From a virus, in IMG/VR virus record IMGVR_UViG_3300034374_005666, positions 1 to 64,000 of that record: 64,000 nt of DNA. One strand, written 5' to 3'. The notes under the pieces are model-generated. The model did no database searches, was not told the DNA's origin, and saw nothing but the letters and a program-made list of their open reading frames with translations. A program made the position numbers and the translations under genes. Shown here in pieces: positions 9,480 through 20,224 of this stretch. Within the stretch, counting starts at the first letter, position 1. Every line of letters begins with the position of its first letter.

Positions 9480-12400
9480 GCCTGTAGGATTACATCTTGA
9501 TAACAGCCCTATAGATCAGCCTGAAAATACAGCCAGGTTTGCTCTGAATGCAGTGCTTGACACTTCAGATGGGGATAGTATGAGCTATAGTAAAGAACAA
9601 GCTAACAGTCTTTCACACGCACTTGATACAGACTATACTTTGGTAGGTTCTATTAAGATAGATGGTAATAATGTAATTCTCTTTAGTACTAATGGTACTA
9701 CATCAGAAATAGGTTTATTCAATAAGAGTAACTATACAACTCTGATTAATACGCCATGTCTGTCTTTCAGTACAGATCATATGGTAAAAGGCAAGTATAG
9801 AATAATCAAAGGTTGTGAACGTATTATCTATTTCAATGATAATCTGAATCCAGATAAAGCTATTAACATAGATAATCTTGATGATTACAAAGATGACTCA
9901 GGAGAATGGGACTGTAATTTAATGAAACTCAATCCTGACTTTCTTGTACCCACAGTTGAAGTTACAGCAGTTAATAATTCAGGTGGTAGCTTAGAAGCAG
10001 GCAGTTATGCTTTTGCAGTAGAGCTTCTCGACAATGACTTAAACTCTATTGCAGTAGGTACAGTAACTAACTACATACCTATATATGCAGACAATCTATC
10101 AGATAGCTATACATCTATTCATGGTAGCTTAACAGATATCAATCCAAGCATAGAAGGTGGTACAAGTGCCACTAATAAAAGTATTGATCTTGAACTTAAT
10201 AACTTAGATACACGCTTTGCATTTGCAAGGATTATTGTACTTGCAAGAAATTCAGGTAGAGGTTTAGCTGAAGAAGCATATGAATTACTTGATTATATAC
10301 CTATAAGCAATGGTACTATTAATTATAGGTTTACTGATTTGTCGAATGTTGTTAGAACTGATCCTGAAACAGTCAGAGTAAAAACTGCTAAGTATACTGT
10401 AAGCTCTGCTATAGATATAGTAGATGGCAGGCTGGTAAGAGCTAATGTTAAAGAAGACAATAGAGATTATAGCAACTATCAACGTAAAGCCAATGAGATT
10501 ACAGTCAGCTATGGTGTTACACTAGAGAATGCTTTTGACAATACAGAACAGCATAATACCAAAAACCCACTCAGTTACCAGAATGGTAATACATGGATTG
10601 GCGATGAAGTATACGCTCTTGGTATACAGTATATTTTTCAAGATGGAACAATCAGTCCTGTATTTCATATCCCAGGTAGAGCTTCTACCAGTGCTGATAC
10701 AGTCAGTCTGACAGTAGGTACAGATATACCTGAGGAAGATGCTAAACATCTTAATCTTAATCAAGAACAAAGTATACCCAGATGGAAATATGAAAATACA
10801 GCAGGTATACCAGGACAATTTAATCCTAATCCTGTACTAGGTTACTATGAATCAGATAGTCTGTACCCAGATACACTAGACTGTAGTGAAGAACCTCAAG
10901 CTATATATGGAGACTTAGCAGATACACCTATACGCCATCATAAAATACCATGCAGGTCTATTGTACCTACGTATACTGTAAGTCAGGGACAGATCAAGCT
11001 GCAAAAGATATATTTGAAGTTTGATGGAATAGATTATCCTGATACAGATATAGTAGCTCACAGGTTTGTGAAAGCTATTAGAAGAGATCAGGATAAGACT
11101 GTGCTTGATACTGGTGTAGCTGCAAGACTAAAAGACGAAGAAGAATCTTATATAGCTAGATCCAGCTTTTTTGATTATTTTAATGCAGAAGCTCCAGATA
11201 CAATAAATGTAGTCAGTCCTAAAACTCTCAATGGTCAGAATGTACCTGTAAGCTATTTAAAGTTTATAGAGACAAGACCTACTATAGTAGAGCAGTCTGT
11301 AGATACAAGTGTGTTTACTAACTATCCTGGTAATAACTTTGCACTACCTCAGCAGTTGAGTATATTCAGCTATGCAGGTAATAAAGCTAATGTATCATAT
11401 AGGTACAGAGCTATAGAAATATCTAAGCTACTTTCTCCTAATAGTGTATTCAATGGAGACTTTGATAAAACTGTACTTAATGAAGGCTACAGCAATAACG
11501 CCTTTGTATGCAAACTAAACAGTTCTATTGATATACCTCCAAGCACTAATAACTATAGTAATATACCTGTATGTGTGCTTAAAAGATTAGCTTCTCCATA
11601 TAGTAACTTATTCCAATTACAGTATGAGCCTATAGCAGATTTTAATACAAACATAAGTTATAATGGAGATGGTTTTATTAATCACTTTAACACAATAGAT
11701 GTTACAGAAATAAGAAACTCAGCAAATCCTGTAGAAGTATTTGGACGCTATCATAAAGATATGTTTGTTGAGTCTGATGTAAACTATGAACTTAGAGTAG
11801 AAGGTACAGATACTAATGCTATCTATAATGAAACACAAGACTTAAACCTCTATATCCTAAACCAAGTAGCCACATTTGATGGAGAGTCATGGGTAGCCAG
11901 AGCAGGAGTAGCTAGACAATACTATAGATATAATCTGGATTATACTCCAAAGTCAGGAGAAACATCTCAACTACCTGTTCCTTTCAATTTTGATTTCTGT
12001 AGCAATTGTATTACAGAATATCCTAATAGAGTGGTATGGTCACCAAAAAGTTTTTCTGAACAGATTACAGATAACTTTAGGATTAATCTGGTCAATGACT
12101 TTATGACTGTGGGTGAAGCTAAAGGCGAGATCAATGCCATACACTTTGAAAAGAACAGACTGCTTGTATGGACTAATGATTCTATATTCTTACTTACTCC
12201 TAATCCAAGAGTAATCAATACTGATGTAGATACAGCTTATATAGGTACAGGAGAATTTCTTGGAGTACCTGCTGTAGAGTTTAGTCAGGTAGATCATGGT
12301 TTTGGTGGTATGCAGACAAGAGCTGCTTATGTAAATACAGAGCAAGGTGTCATATGGGCAGATCAGGCAGCAGGTAGAGTATATAGCTTTGATAGTCAAA

Positions 12401-13215
12401 TTAAAGAATTAACTACAGGTATATACACATGGATGAGACAAAACTTACCTCAGTCAGGCTCAGACTTTGATTTGATAATGAGCTATGATCCATACTATAA
12501 AAGAGTTCTTATATCCAAGAAAAGCTTTGTACCTACAGGTCAGCTTGATCCCAGAGATGGCTCAACAGTTATTGCTAATAAATCATGGACATTGAGTTAT
12601 AGTACAAGATATGGTGCATGGTGTTCATGGCATACATGGCATCCAAGACTAATGTTTTCTGATAGAGATACTTTCTATAGTAGTCTTGATAACAATATCT
12701 ATAGACATGATAGCACAGACTATAATATGTTTTATGGTATTAAAGGTAAGTTCCAAATAGAATATGTAGATAGACAAGCACTTACATCTGATTTAGATAC
12801 TATTATTTATTATGCCAGTCCATCTGACTATCCTACATTTAATCAGTTTGTAGTTTACAATGATAATCAATCTACTGGTATACAGGAGCTTGCTGAAGAC
12901 AACTTATATCCAACACAATGGAGTAACATCATTAAGACTGTGACAAGTACACAGGATGATTATAGAATCAGTCAGATACGCAATTTGAATACAACCAATC
13001 CTACAACAACAGACGAATGGTTGGATATACAGTCTGAGTATACTGGTAATCAAGGATATATTGATAAGTTACCAGCTAATATAGATTATGAAATGAATCA
13101 GTGGAAACTTGTACCTATTAGACATAAGTTCTTTCAGATCAGGCTTATATCAAATACTACAGATCAGATTGTATTTCATTTAACACAGACTACAAAAAGA
13201 CATATTGAGTTATGA
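9472..13215 (+). CDS. tail stabilisation (muzzle) protein
   Basis: 1247 aa; GLxxDxSPxDQPENTARFALN N-terminus, DEVYALGI, SWTLSY...WCSWHTW patterns typical of this crAss-like protein. Confidence 0.75.
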   Translation: MIKPVGLHLDNSPIDQPENTARFALNAVLDTSDGDSMSYSKEQANSLSHALDTDYTLVGSIKIDGNNVILFSTNGTTSEIGLFNKSNYTTLINTPCLSFSTDHMVKGKYRIIKGCERIIYFNDNLNPDKAINIDNLDDYKDDSGEWDCNLMKLNPDFLVPTVEVTAVNNSGGSLEAGSYAFAVELLDNDLNSIAVGTVTNYIPIYADNLSDSYTSIHGSLTDINPSIEGGTSATNKSIDLELNNLDTRFAFARIIVLARNSGRGLAEEAYELLDYIPISNGTINYRFTDLSNVVRTDPETVRVKTAKYTVSSAIDIVDGRLVRANVKEDNRDYSNYQRKANEITVSYGVTLENAFDNTEQHNTKNPLSYQNGNTWIGDEVYALGIQYIFQDGTISPVFHIPGRASTSADTVSLTVGTDIPEEDAKHLNLNQEQSIPRWKYENTAGIPGQFNPNPVLGYYESDSLYPDTLDCSEEPQAIYGDLADTPIRHHKIPCRSIVPTYTVSQGQIKLQKIYLKFDGIDYPDTDIVAHRFVKAIRRDQDKTVLDTGVAARLKDEEESYIARSSFFDYFNAEAPDTINVVSPKTLNGQNVPVSYLKFIETRPTIVEQSVDTSVFTNYPGNNFALPQQLSIFSYAGNKANVSYRYRAIEISKLLSPNSVFNGDFDKTVLNEGYSNNAFVCKLNSSIDIPPSTNNYSNIPVCVLKRLASPYSNLFQLQYEPIADFNTNISYNGDGFINHFNTIDVTEIRNSANPVEVFGRYHKDMFVESDVNYELRVEGTDTNAIYNETQDLNLYILNQVATFDGESWVARAGVARQYYRYNLDYTPKSGETSQLPVPFNFDFCSNCITEYPNRVVWSPKSFSEQITDNFRINLVNDFMTVGEAKGEINAIHFEKNRLLVWTNDSIFLLTPNPRVINTDVDTAYIGTGEFLGVPAVEFSQVDHGFGGMQTRAAYVNTEQGVIWADQAAGRVYSFDSQIKELTTGIYTWMRQNLPQSGSDFDLIMSYDPYYKRVLISKKSFVPTGQLDPRDGSTVIANKSWTLSYSTRYGAWCSWHTWHPRLMFSDRDTFYSSLDNNIYRHDSTDYNMFYGIKGKFQIEYVDRQALTSDLDTIIYYASPSDYPTFNQFVVYNDNQSTGIQELAEDNLYPTQWSNIIKTVTSTQDDYRISQIRNLNTTNPTTTDEWLDIQSEYTGNQGYIDKLPANIDYEMNQWKLVPIRHKFFQIRLISNTTDQIVFHLTQTTKRHIEL

Positions 13216-16200
13216 GCAGTATAAAAATTAAACCAAGCCGCAAAGGTACATTCAAGGCACTTGCCAGTAGAAAAGGAATGTCTATGGATAGGCTTGCTAA
13301 ACATATAAAAAGTAATCCTGATAAGTATTCTGCTGGAGCTATGAAGAAAGCTACCTTTTATCAGAATTTTGCTAAGCAGGACGGAGGCCCTATTTATTCT
13401 GGTAAAGGAGATAAAGCTCAAGTTAGCTATGATCCTGATAAGATACCTCAATTTAGTAATCTGACAGACAAGATTAAAAATGCTTACAACAAGTTTATTA
13501 ATCCTACAGGTTTTGATTGGGAAGCATCTGATAAAAGACTGGAGCAACTTAGTAAAGATTATACTAAAGCTAAGCTTGATAGCTTTAATAGCAACATGGA
13601 TTACATAGAGCAATATCCTGAAACTGAGTTGAGTCAGAGTCTTAGAGATCAATATACACCTATTATACAATCACCTGTAGATAGTAATACAGGGTACACT
13701 CCTAATTTACAATTACAAAATGGTGGAAGTATAGGTGATCCTCCCGGTAAAAAAGACAGTCCTAGAAGGGAACAATTACAGACTTACTTCAATAATGAAT
13801 TAGTTCCTTATTATGTAAGTAAAGGTTATAGTCCTATGCAGGCTGTAGATCAGGGCATAGCTTTCCTTAGAACAAAACATCCTGAAGCACACAAAGAACT
13901 AATAAAAGGATTTTCTATAGATTCACCTACTGACGTCTTACCAGGTAACCCTTATAACATTATACCTGGTTATGTAGCAGAAGGTATAAATGCTTTACGA
14001 GGAAAAGATGCGAGTTTATTCAGACCTTTTACTTCTGAGCAACAGGCTATATCTCAAGCTCTTGGTGTAACAAATCCATATGGTGCTTTAGCTATTGATA
14101 TTGGAGCAGGTTTAGTTAATCCCGGAGTATTACCTAAAGGATTAAATAAAATAGGTAAGAAGGCTGTTAAACAAGCGGGTAAGAAATCTAAGTTTAAGTC
14201 AGAGATAGATTGGAAAAAATGGAATAAAGAAATCCCAAAGAATAAACCTTTGATGGATGAATATTTAGCTATAGAAAAACAAGCTAAGTCTGATGGTACA
14301 TGGATGAAAAATCCAGATGGTTCTAAGTTTGAGGGAACTCCTGAGCAATTTGTACAACAAAATAGTGAGAATTTTAAAGAGTTCTATAAAAATAGTAAAG
14401 TAACTAAACCAAACGGAGAACCTATATTTATGTATCATGGAAGTCCCAATAAAGATATAAGAGTTTTTCTAAAACCTGGACAAGAAGGATATGTAAAATC
14501 ACCTACTACTACTACAGGAGAATCTGGTATTTACTTTACAGATTTAAAAAAATATGCTGATAAGTATCAAAACTTTAAAGATCCTAAAAACGCAAAAGGA
14601 AGAACCTATCAAACATATTTAGCTCCTAAAACAGTTATTACAGCTGGTGAAAATGTCTTATCAGGAGTAAGTGAAGGAGTTCCTCCTACTTTTTTATGGC
14701 ACCACGGACCTGTACCAGTAGATGCTGTTAAGGCAGGTAAACATATGAGAAAAGTTTATTATGAACACGGATATGAAGTATCTATGGAAAATCCAAATCT
14801 GATAAAATCAGCAATAGGTAACAATGGAATGTTTGATATCACTAATCCTGATATATACAAAGGATTGATTCCTTTAGGATTAGGATATGGTGCCGCTAAA
14901 AGCAAAGAAGATGAGAAGTTACGTAAAGGCGGAAGTATAGGTGACCCGCCTAAAAAATACAATAGGTTTGCTAAACTGAGTGATATTAAAGCGACAAACG
15001 ACAAAGAAATAGTTGCTTCTGATTATAAAGAGCAGTCTCAATGGTTAAACTCATATATTAATTCTCCAAGGTATAGAGAAATACTTGCAAAAGAAATGCA
15101 AGTAGAATTAGATTCTCCTAAACTACAGAAAGAGATTGACTTACGTAGTAGAAATATTTCTAAATATCCTATAAGAGAAAAACAAGTTCATCCAAAAGGA
15201 TTTGGTTATTTGAGAGGAATATCTGTAGGTAAACCACCTACTTATATGAAATATTTTGATAGGGAGCAAGAAGTGCAACCTGAATATTCTGACTTACCAA
15301 AAGGAACTTATGTTGATCCTGTAGCAAAGAATAGAGATCCTTATGTAGGCATCCATGAATTAACTCATACTTCTACACAAGGACTTGATCGGCTAACTCC
15401 TTTTGCTTTGAATTTAATAGATGAGGTTACTCCCAATAATAGTTTTGAAGAGAGAAGAGGTATTTATGATTTAGATACCAGAACAGGTAATAAATTTGGT
15501 TATAGAAATAATCCTACAGAAGTACATGCTAGACTTACTGAATTGAAAAAGCTAATGAATGACTATGGTATAGTAGATCCTAGAAAAGAGGAAATTACCA
15601 AAGATCATATTATTAAAGCTTTTGAAAATAAAAATATAAGAAAGACTCAAGATATTAACGACCTCGAAGAGATTATTCCTAATATAGGAGCAATGGAGAT
15701 ACTGTTAAATTCTATTGCATCAAACGATGCGCAAACTAATATACCAATGGCTAAGAAAGGAGGGTACTTAAAAGATAAAAATACTTACGTTACTAAAGAT
15801 GGTAAAAAGACTAAACGAGGTCTTTGGGCTAATGTTTATCTTAAGAAGAAAAGAGAAGGTAAGTTGCAAGATGGTGGTTTAGTAGTTGATCCATTTTTAG
15901 AAAAAGGTGGTGAGATAGGTGGTTTCTTGCAAAACATAGCTCCAGTAGTTAGTATGATACCTGGTGCTCAACCAGTTGGTGCTGGACTTGGTGTATTAGG
16001 TAATCTGATGGCTAAGACAGACATACCTGAGCAAGCTGGTAATATGCTACAACAATATAAACTAGGTGGACAGTTCAAACAATATAATGCTCCAAGCCAT
16101 GCAGATGGTGGACAAGTTATTGATATGAATGGTAATCCCAATGCTGTAGCACCAGCAGCAGAAATTGAAAAGAATGAAAACAGCTACAGAGGCTATGTTT

Positions 16201-17087
16201 ATTCAGACCATCTTAAGGATGGAAATAAAACATTTGCTGAGAAAGCTAAAAAGATTAACACTATGACTAGTAAAAATTCAGATATAGATAGAAGAAGTAA
16301 AATACTTCAACTTGCAAGGCTTAAGTCTAAGAATGAATTAGCCAGGCAACAGCAAATGATTAATGAAAATTTTGTAGCTGATATGGGAGTTATGGAAGAT
16401 GGCGGGGATTTATCTAAGTTAACTGGCCTTAATGCTTTAGCTGCTGGGTTTAAAGGTGCAGCTTTAGTTGGTTCTGCTGTAGATGCTTTGAGAAAGCCTG
16501 AACAAGAACAACTTCAACTACCAGACTATAGTAGAGGAGATCAGTATATGCAGGATATGTTTATGGATTTTGCACCACAGCTTGCAGAGATCAATAGAGG
16601 AGCTACAAAGGCTGTTCAGTCAGTCAGTGACCAAGTAGGTGGTATTGGACAAAGATCAAGCAGAGTAGCTAGTATACTTGCCAGAGCAGGACAAAATGCT
16701 GCACAAACCCAGCTTGCACAACAGCAAGCTAATAATCAGCTTAAATCAGCATTGGGGCAGAGAGCAGATAGACAGTCTGAAATTACTGCACAGGAAAGAA
16801 TTAGACAGCAAGATATGCAGTCTCGTAACGAAGCAAATGCAAGACTGGCTGGCCGTAAGTTTATGCAAGACTTGAGTAAGGTTGGTACTACTATCAATCA
16901 GCTTGAATATGCTAAAGAGCAAATGGCTAACATGAATGAAATGCAGCGTAAGAATACCATGTTTGGTCTTGCTATGCTTGCAATGAAGAATCCAAACTTT
17001 AAGCCTTCAGACGCTTTCAGAAAGTATATTGAAACAGGTGAAGGAGATTACAACAAAGTATTATCTGAGATAATAAGCTTTGAATAA
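13212..17087 (+). CDS. putative ejected cargo protein with ART-PolyVal-like and HExxH modules and repeated xxGG linkers
   Basis: NGEPIFMYHGS...GIYFT...NGMFD module; IHELTH...PTEVHARL zincin motif; Gln/Ala-rich coiled C-terminus. Confidence 0.65.
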   Translation: MSSIKIKPSRKGTFKALASRKGMSMDRLAKHIKSNPDKYSAGAMKKATFYQNFAKQDGGPIYSGKGDKAQVSYDPDKIPQFSNLTDKIKNAYNKFINPTGFDWEASDKRLEQLSKDYTKAKLDSFNSNMDYIEQYPETELSQSLRDQYTPIIQSPVDSNTGYTPNLQLQNGGSIGDPPGKKDSPRREQLQTYFNNELVPYYVSKGYSPMQAVDQGIAFLRTKHPEAHKELIKGFSIDSPTDVLPGNPYNIIPGYVAEGINALRGKDASLFRPFTSEQQAISQALGVTNPYGALAIDIGAGLVNPGVLPKGLNKIGKKAVKQAGKKSKFKSEIDWKKWNKEIPKNKPLMDEYLAIEKQAKSDGTWMKNPDGSKFEGTPEQFVQQNSENFKEFYKNSKVTKPNGEPIFMYHGSPNKDIRVFLKPGQEGYVKSPTTTTGESGIYFTDLKKYADKYQNFKDPKNAKGRTYQTYLAPKTVITAGENVLSGVSEGVPPTFLWHHGPVPVDAVKAGKHMRKVYYEHGYEVSMENPNLIKSAIGNNGMFDITNPDIYKGLIPLGLGYGAAKSKEDEKLRKGGSIGDPPKKYNRFAKLSDIKATNDKEIVASDYKEQSQWLNSYINSPRYREILAKEMQVELDSPKLQKEIDLRSRNISKYPIREKQVHPKGFGYLRGISVGKPPTYMKYFDREQEVQPEYSDLPKGTYVDPVAKNRDPYVGIHELTHTSTQGLDRLTPFALNLIDEVTPNNSFEERRGIYDLDTRTGNKFGYRNNPTEVHARLTELKKLMNDYGIVDPRKEEITKDHIIKAFENKNIRKTQDINDLEEIIPNIGAMEILLNSIASNDAQTNIPMAKKGGYLKDKNTYVTKDGKKTKRGLWANVYLKKKREGKLQDGGLVVDPFLEKGGEIGGFLQNIAPVVSMIPGAQPVGAGLGVLGNLMAKTDIPEQAGNMLQQYKLGGQFKQYNAPSHADGGQVIDMNGNPNAVAPAAEIEKNENSYRGYVYSDHLKDGNKTFAEKAKKINTMTSKNSDIDRRSKILQLARLKSKNELARQQQMINENFVADMGVMEDGGDLSKLTGLNALAAGFKGAALVGSAVDALRKPEQEQLQLPDYSRGDQYMQDMFMDFAPQLAEINRGATKAVQSVSDQVGGIGQRSSRVASILARAGQNAAQTQLAQQQANNQLKSALGQRADRQSEITAQERIRQQDMQSRNEANARLAGRKFMQDLSKVGTTINQLEYAKEQMANMNEMQRKNTMFGLAMLAMKNPNFKPSDAFRKYIETGEGDYNKVLSEIISFE

Positions 17088-17104
17088 GCAAAAGCACAAT
17101 AAAG

Positions 17105-20100
17105 ATGGCTATATCTAGATACGATCAATTTCTTGATAATGACTATAGCTTCCAACAATATACCCCTGTTGAATGGCAGCCTAATTTGGAAGTAATGGAT
17201 GAAGTTCTGACTGGGCTTCAGACTGAGTATGATACTGGTATGGGACAGCTTGAACGTATTATGCCTGATTACTGGAGAGATTCAGAATCAGACACTCAAG
17301 CTGCTCAGCAGTTTAGGTCTAAGTATGATAATTTAATAGCTCAGACTACAGATGCTTTTACTAAAGGTAACATTAATGAAGGCAGGCGTTTGATGAATGA
17401 AGGTTTACGTGAAATAGAACGTGATAAGCTACCTGGTGGAGAGTATTTTGAGCTTGAAAGACGTAAGAAAGAGTATGATCTTGAAGATAAAAAGCTTCAA
17501 ACTATATACTTAGACCCTAAAAGCTCACAGTATAACCCTCAAGATTATGAGTACTACAAGAATAAATTAAAAGAAAACGCAAGTCCTTTCAAGGACGAAC
17601 AAGGTAACTATGGTACTATAGAGACTCCTGAGATGGTACGTATGTATTCTGATGAGGAAGTTAATAAGCAAATGATAGAAAGTATTACAAAGCTTCCTGC
17701 TAACGCTTATGCTGTAGGGCCTGAATGGGAAGAAAGATTTCAAGGTATGACTATTGGAGATGTAATGTCTCAGGGAATGATTAAGCATCTTGATCCAGAT
17801 AAAATAGCCAGTGTACTTAAAGGTGTAGTAGGTCAAGATTTAATACAATCCAGTCAGGAACGACAACGTATCAGAGAACAGGAAGTTACTGACTTTCTAT
17901 TAGAGTCTGGTGAGTTTAATCCTAATGATCCTCTTGGTCAAAAAGCTCTTAACTTTATGCAGAGCTTTAGTTATAGCCAAGAGCAAATGAGCCATAGGTT
18001 TATTCCAAGTAACTTAGGTGGAGAAGGCAGGGCAGGAAGACTTAGGAATGGAGAAAGTGTAGAAGCTACCAATACTCCACAAGTACAAATTGTACAAACT
18101 CCTGTTACTACAGAGATTAAAACTGATAATCAATTAGCTGAAGATGGTTCAGTTCTTGAAGAAGATCAGGGTTTAGAGATTTATAAGAATACAGAAAGAC
18201 TGTTTACACAGAAAACTCAAAGCTTACCAGAAACTCTTAGCACTACTTTACAGAATGAACAAGTTGATCCAGAGATAGTACTGAACGGTGTATTTTACAA
18301 ATATATGCCAGATACTACTGAAGAATTTGGTACTATAAATGATGCAGACTATTATAGTCTTCCATCTGAAGTATTTGTGGGTGACAAGTATAATGAGTTG
18401 CAACAAAGCTTCCAGTTAGCTGACCCTACTGTTACACCTGAGCAGGCTAAAATGAAAGCTGACAAACTCATAAAGCAGGCTGATTACTTGTATATGGGTA
18501 TTAATGAAGATGTAGCTTATTACAAGGAAGTTCGAGATCAGTATAAACAACGATATGTAACAAATATACTTTCAGATGAAGAACAACAAATTTATAATTG
18601 GACACCAGATAAAAGTTTAGAAGAACTTGAATTTTATCAGTCTACTATTATAGAGCCTTTAACTGACCCAAATGCTTTAGTTGAGTCTATTAATAACGCA
18701 CCTGTAACAACTCTTATTCAGAAATACAGAAAGAATGGAGTTATTACAGAACAGCAAGAACAACAACTCTATAGTAATATAGAAAGATATAGAGACGTAG
18801 CTGAAGGTAAAATTAAAGGAGTAACTGCAAAAGAGTTACAAGAAGAATTAGCAAAAGAAGAGTATAAAGAATTTGATCCAAGTACACCTGTAGAGTATAA
18901 AGTAGCTGCTGCAAGAGGTGCTATTTTAGCCAGACAAAGAGCAGAAGTTAGTAGAGATGTTCTTGAGATGGTCAAAGAAGATAACTTACTAAATTCTTTA
19001 GTTAAATATGAAATAATACAGCGCAAGAATTATTTAGAAAATCAAATTAATAAATACGATAATCAAGCATTACATTCAGAAATAAGTCAGGAACTACTAC
19101 CTAATCTTAAAAGATCAATGCCTGTACTTAACTACTTGAGCCAGGGATTTGATTGGAACTCTGAGGCTCAGTATTTAGGAGATGACATTCATCCTATTAG
19201 AAGATTACAAATAGATGGTAGAGGTTTATATGCAAAAGTAAATAATAATGGTGAATTACTAGAGTCTAGTAGCTTTGTAGATAGTGCAAATATATACAGA
19301 GTTAGTCCAGGTGAAATGTTTGAGAAGGATGGTTTTGCATTTGAGCTAACAAAAGATAAATCTAAAGTAAGCCCTAAAGACAAACAAACTATTGCTGGTA
19401 TTAAACCTATGGGTTTTGTTAAAGGGCCTGATAATAAAATATACTATTATGGTCAAACACAAGTAGTAGATAGTAAAGAATCAGGAGCTAAAGTTACTCC
19501 AGGAGATTATGTATATTATGAATATAGCGAAGACTCTAATTTAACAAGAGATTTTTATAATGCTTTAGGTAGTCAGGGTAATGTTTATGAAGACTTGCAC
19601 TTTTTTAACAAACAGTTAGATATGGAACGTATTACCAATACTGATGGTAATGCTAAAGTACATACCTATAAAGACGATAAATACTTTGATGGTCATAATA
19701 TAGAGATTAAAAGAAACAAAGATGCTCAGGGAGCTTACAGATATAAACTGTATATAGATAATATTGCCATGAATAATAACATGACAATGAATGATGGACA
19801 GTTAGCAGAAATGTTATCTTTGTTAAAATCAGCTCAAAATAGAACTACTCAGCAAAGAGGTGATAGAAATAATAATCCAGCTGCATTTACAGTTGCTTTA
19901 GCAAAGCAGGCAGGTCTTGTAGAAGGAGTTGATTATGTAGATACAGGAGATACGTTTGTAGGTTCAGATGGAAAAACTTATACTACTACTAGAATATTAG
20001 GTGATCCTATAGATCAAACAATTAGAGTCATAGATAAAGTCGGGTTTAATAAATGGAGCAACCCTAATGAAGGAAGATGGACTTATATTACCAGTGACCC

Positions 20101-20221
20101 TAATGACCCTAACAAGTTATACATGACTAATGAAAAATGGTCTGGTATGACTAAACAACAAAAAGTAGCTTTCCTAAAAGAAATGGAAAGATTTGAAGGC
20201 GGCAGCTTACTAAATCAATAA
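17105..20221 (+). CDS. putative ejected cargo protein
   Basis: 1038 aa, between cargo protein 1 and the vRNAP as in crAss-like genomes. Confidence 0.55.
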   Translation: MAISRYDQFLDNDYSFQQYTPVEWQPNLEVMDEVLTGLQTEYDTGMGQLERIMPDYWRDSESDTQAAQQFRSKYDNLIAQTTDAFTKGNINEGRRLMNEGLREIERDKLPGGEYFELERRKKEYDLEDKKLQTIYLDPKSSQYNPQDYEYYKNKLKENASPFKDEQGNYGTIETPEMVRMYSDEEVNKQMIESITKLPANAYAVGPEWEERFQGMTIGDVMSQGMIKHLDPDKIASVLKGVVGQDLIQSSQERQRIREQEVTDFLLESGEFNPNDPLGQKALNFMQSFSYSQEQMSHRFIPSNLGGEGRAGRLRNGESVEATNTPQVQIVQTPVTTEIKTDNQLAEDGSVLEEDQGLEIYKNTERLFTQKTQSLPETLSTTLQNEQVDPEIVLNGVFYKYMPDTTEEFGTINDADYYSLPSEVFVGDKYNELQQSFQLADPTVTPEQAKMKADKLIKQADYLYMGINEDVAYYKEVRDQYKQRYVTNILSDEEQQIYNWTPDKSLEELEFYQSTIIEPLTDPNALVESINNAPVTTLIQKYRKNGVITEQQEQQLYSNIERYRDVAEGKIKGVTAKELQEELAKEEYKEFDPSTPVEYKVAAARGAILARQRAEVSRDVLEMVKEDNLLNSLVKYEIIQRKNYLENQINKYDNQALHSEISQELLPNLKRSMPVLNYLSQGFDWNSEAQYLGDDIHPIRRLQIDGRGLYAKVNNNGELLESSSFVDSANIYRVSPGEMFEKDGFAFELTKDKSKVSPKDKQTIAGIKPMGFVKGPDNKIYYYGQTQVVDSKESGAKVTPGDYVYYEYSEDSNLTRDFYNALGSQGNVYEDLHFFNKQLDMERITNTDGNAKVHTYKDDKYFDGHNIEIKRNKDAQGAYRYKLYIDNIAMNNNMTMNDGQLAEMLSLLKSAQNRTTQQRGDRNNNPAAFTVALAKQAGLVEGVDYVDTGDTFVGSDGKTYTTTRILGDPIDQTIRVIDKVGFNKWSNPNEGRWTYITSDPNDPNKLYMTNEKWSGMTKQQKVAFLKEMERFEGGSLLNQ

Positions 20222-20224
20222 ACT

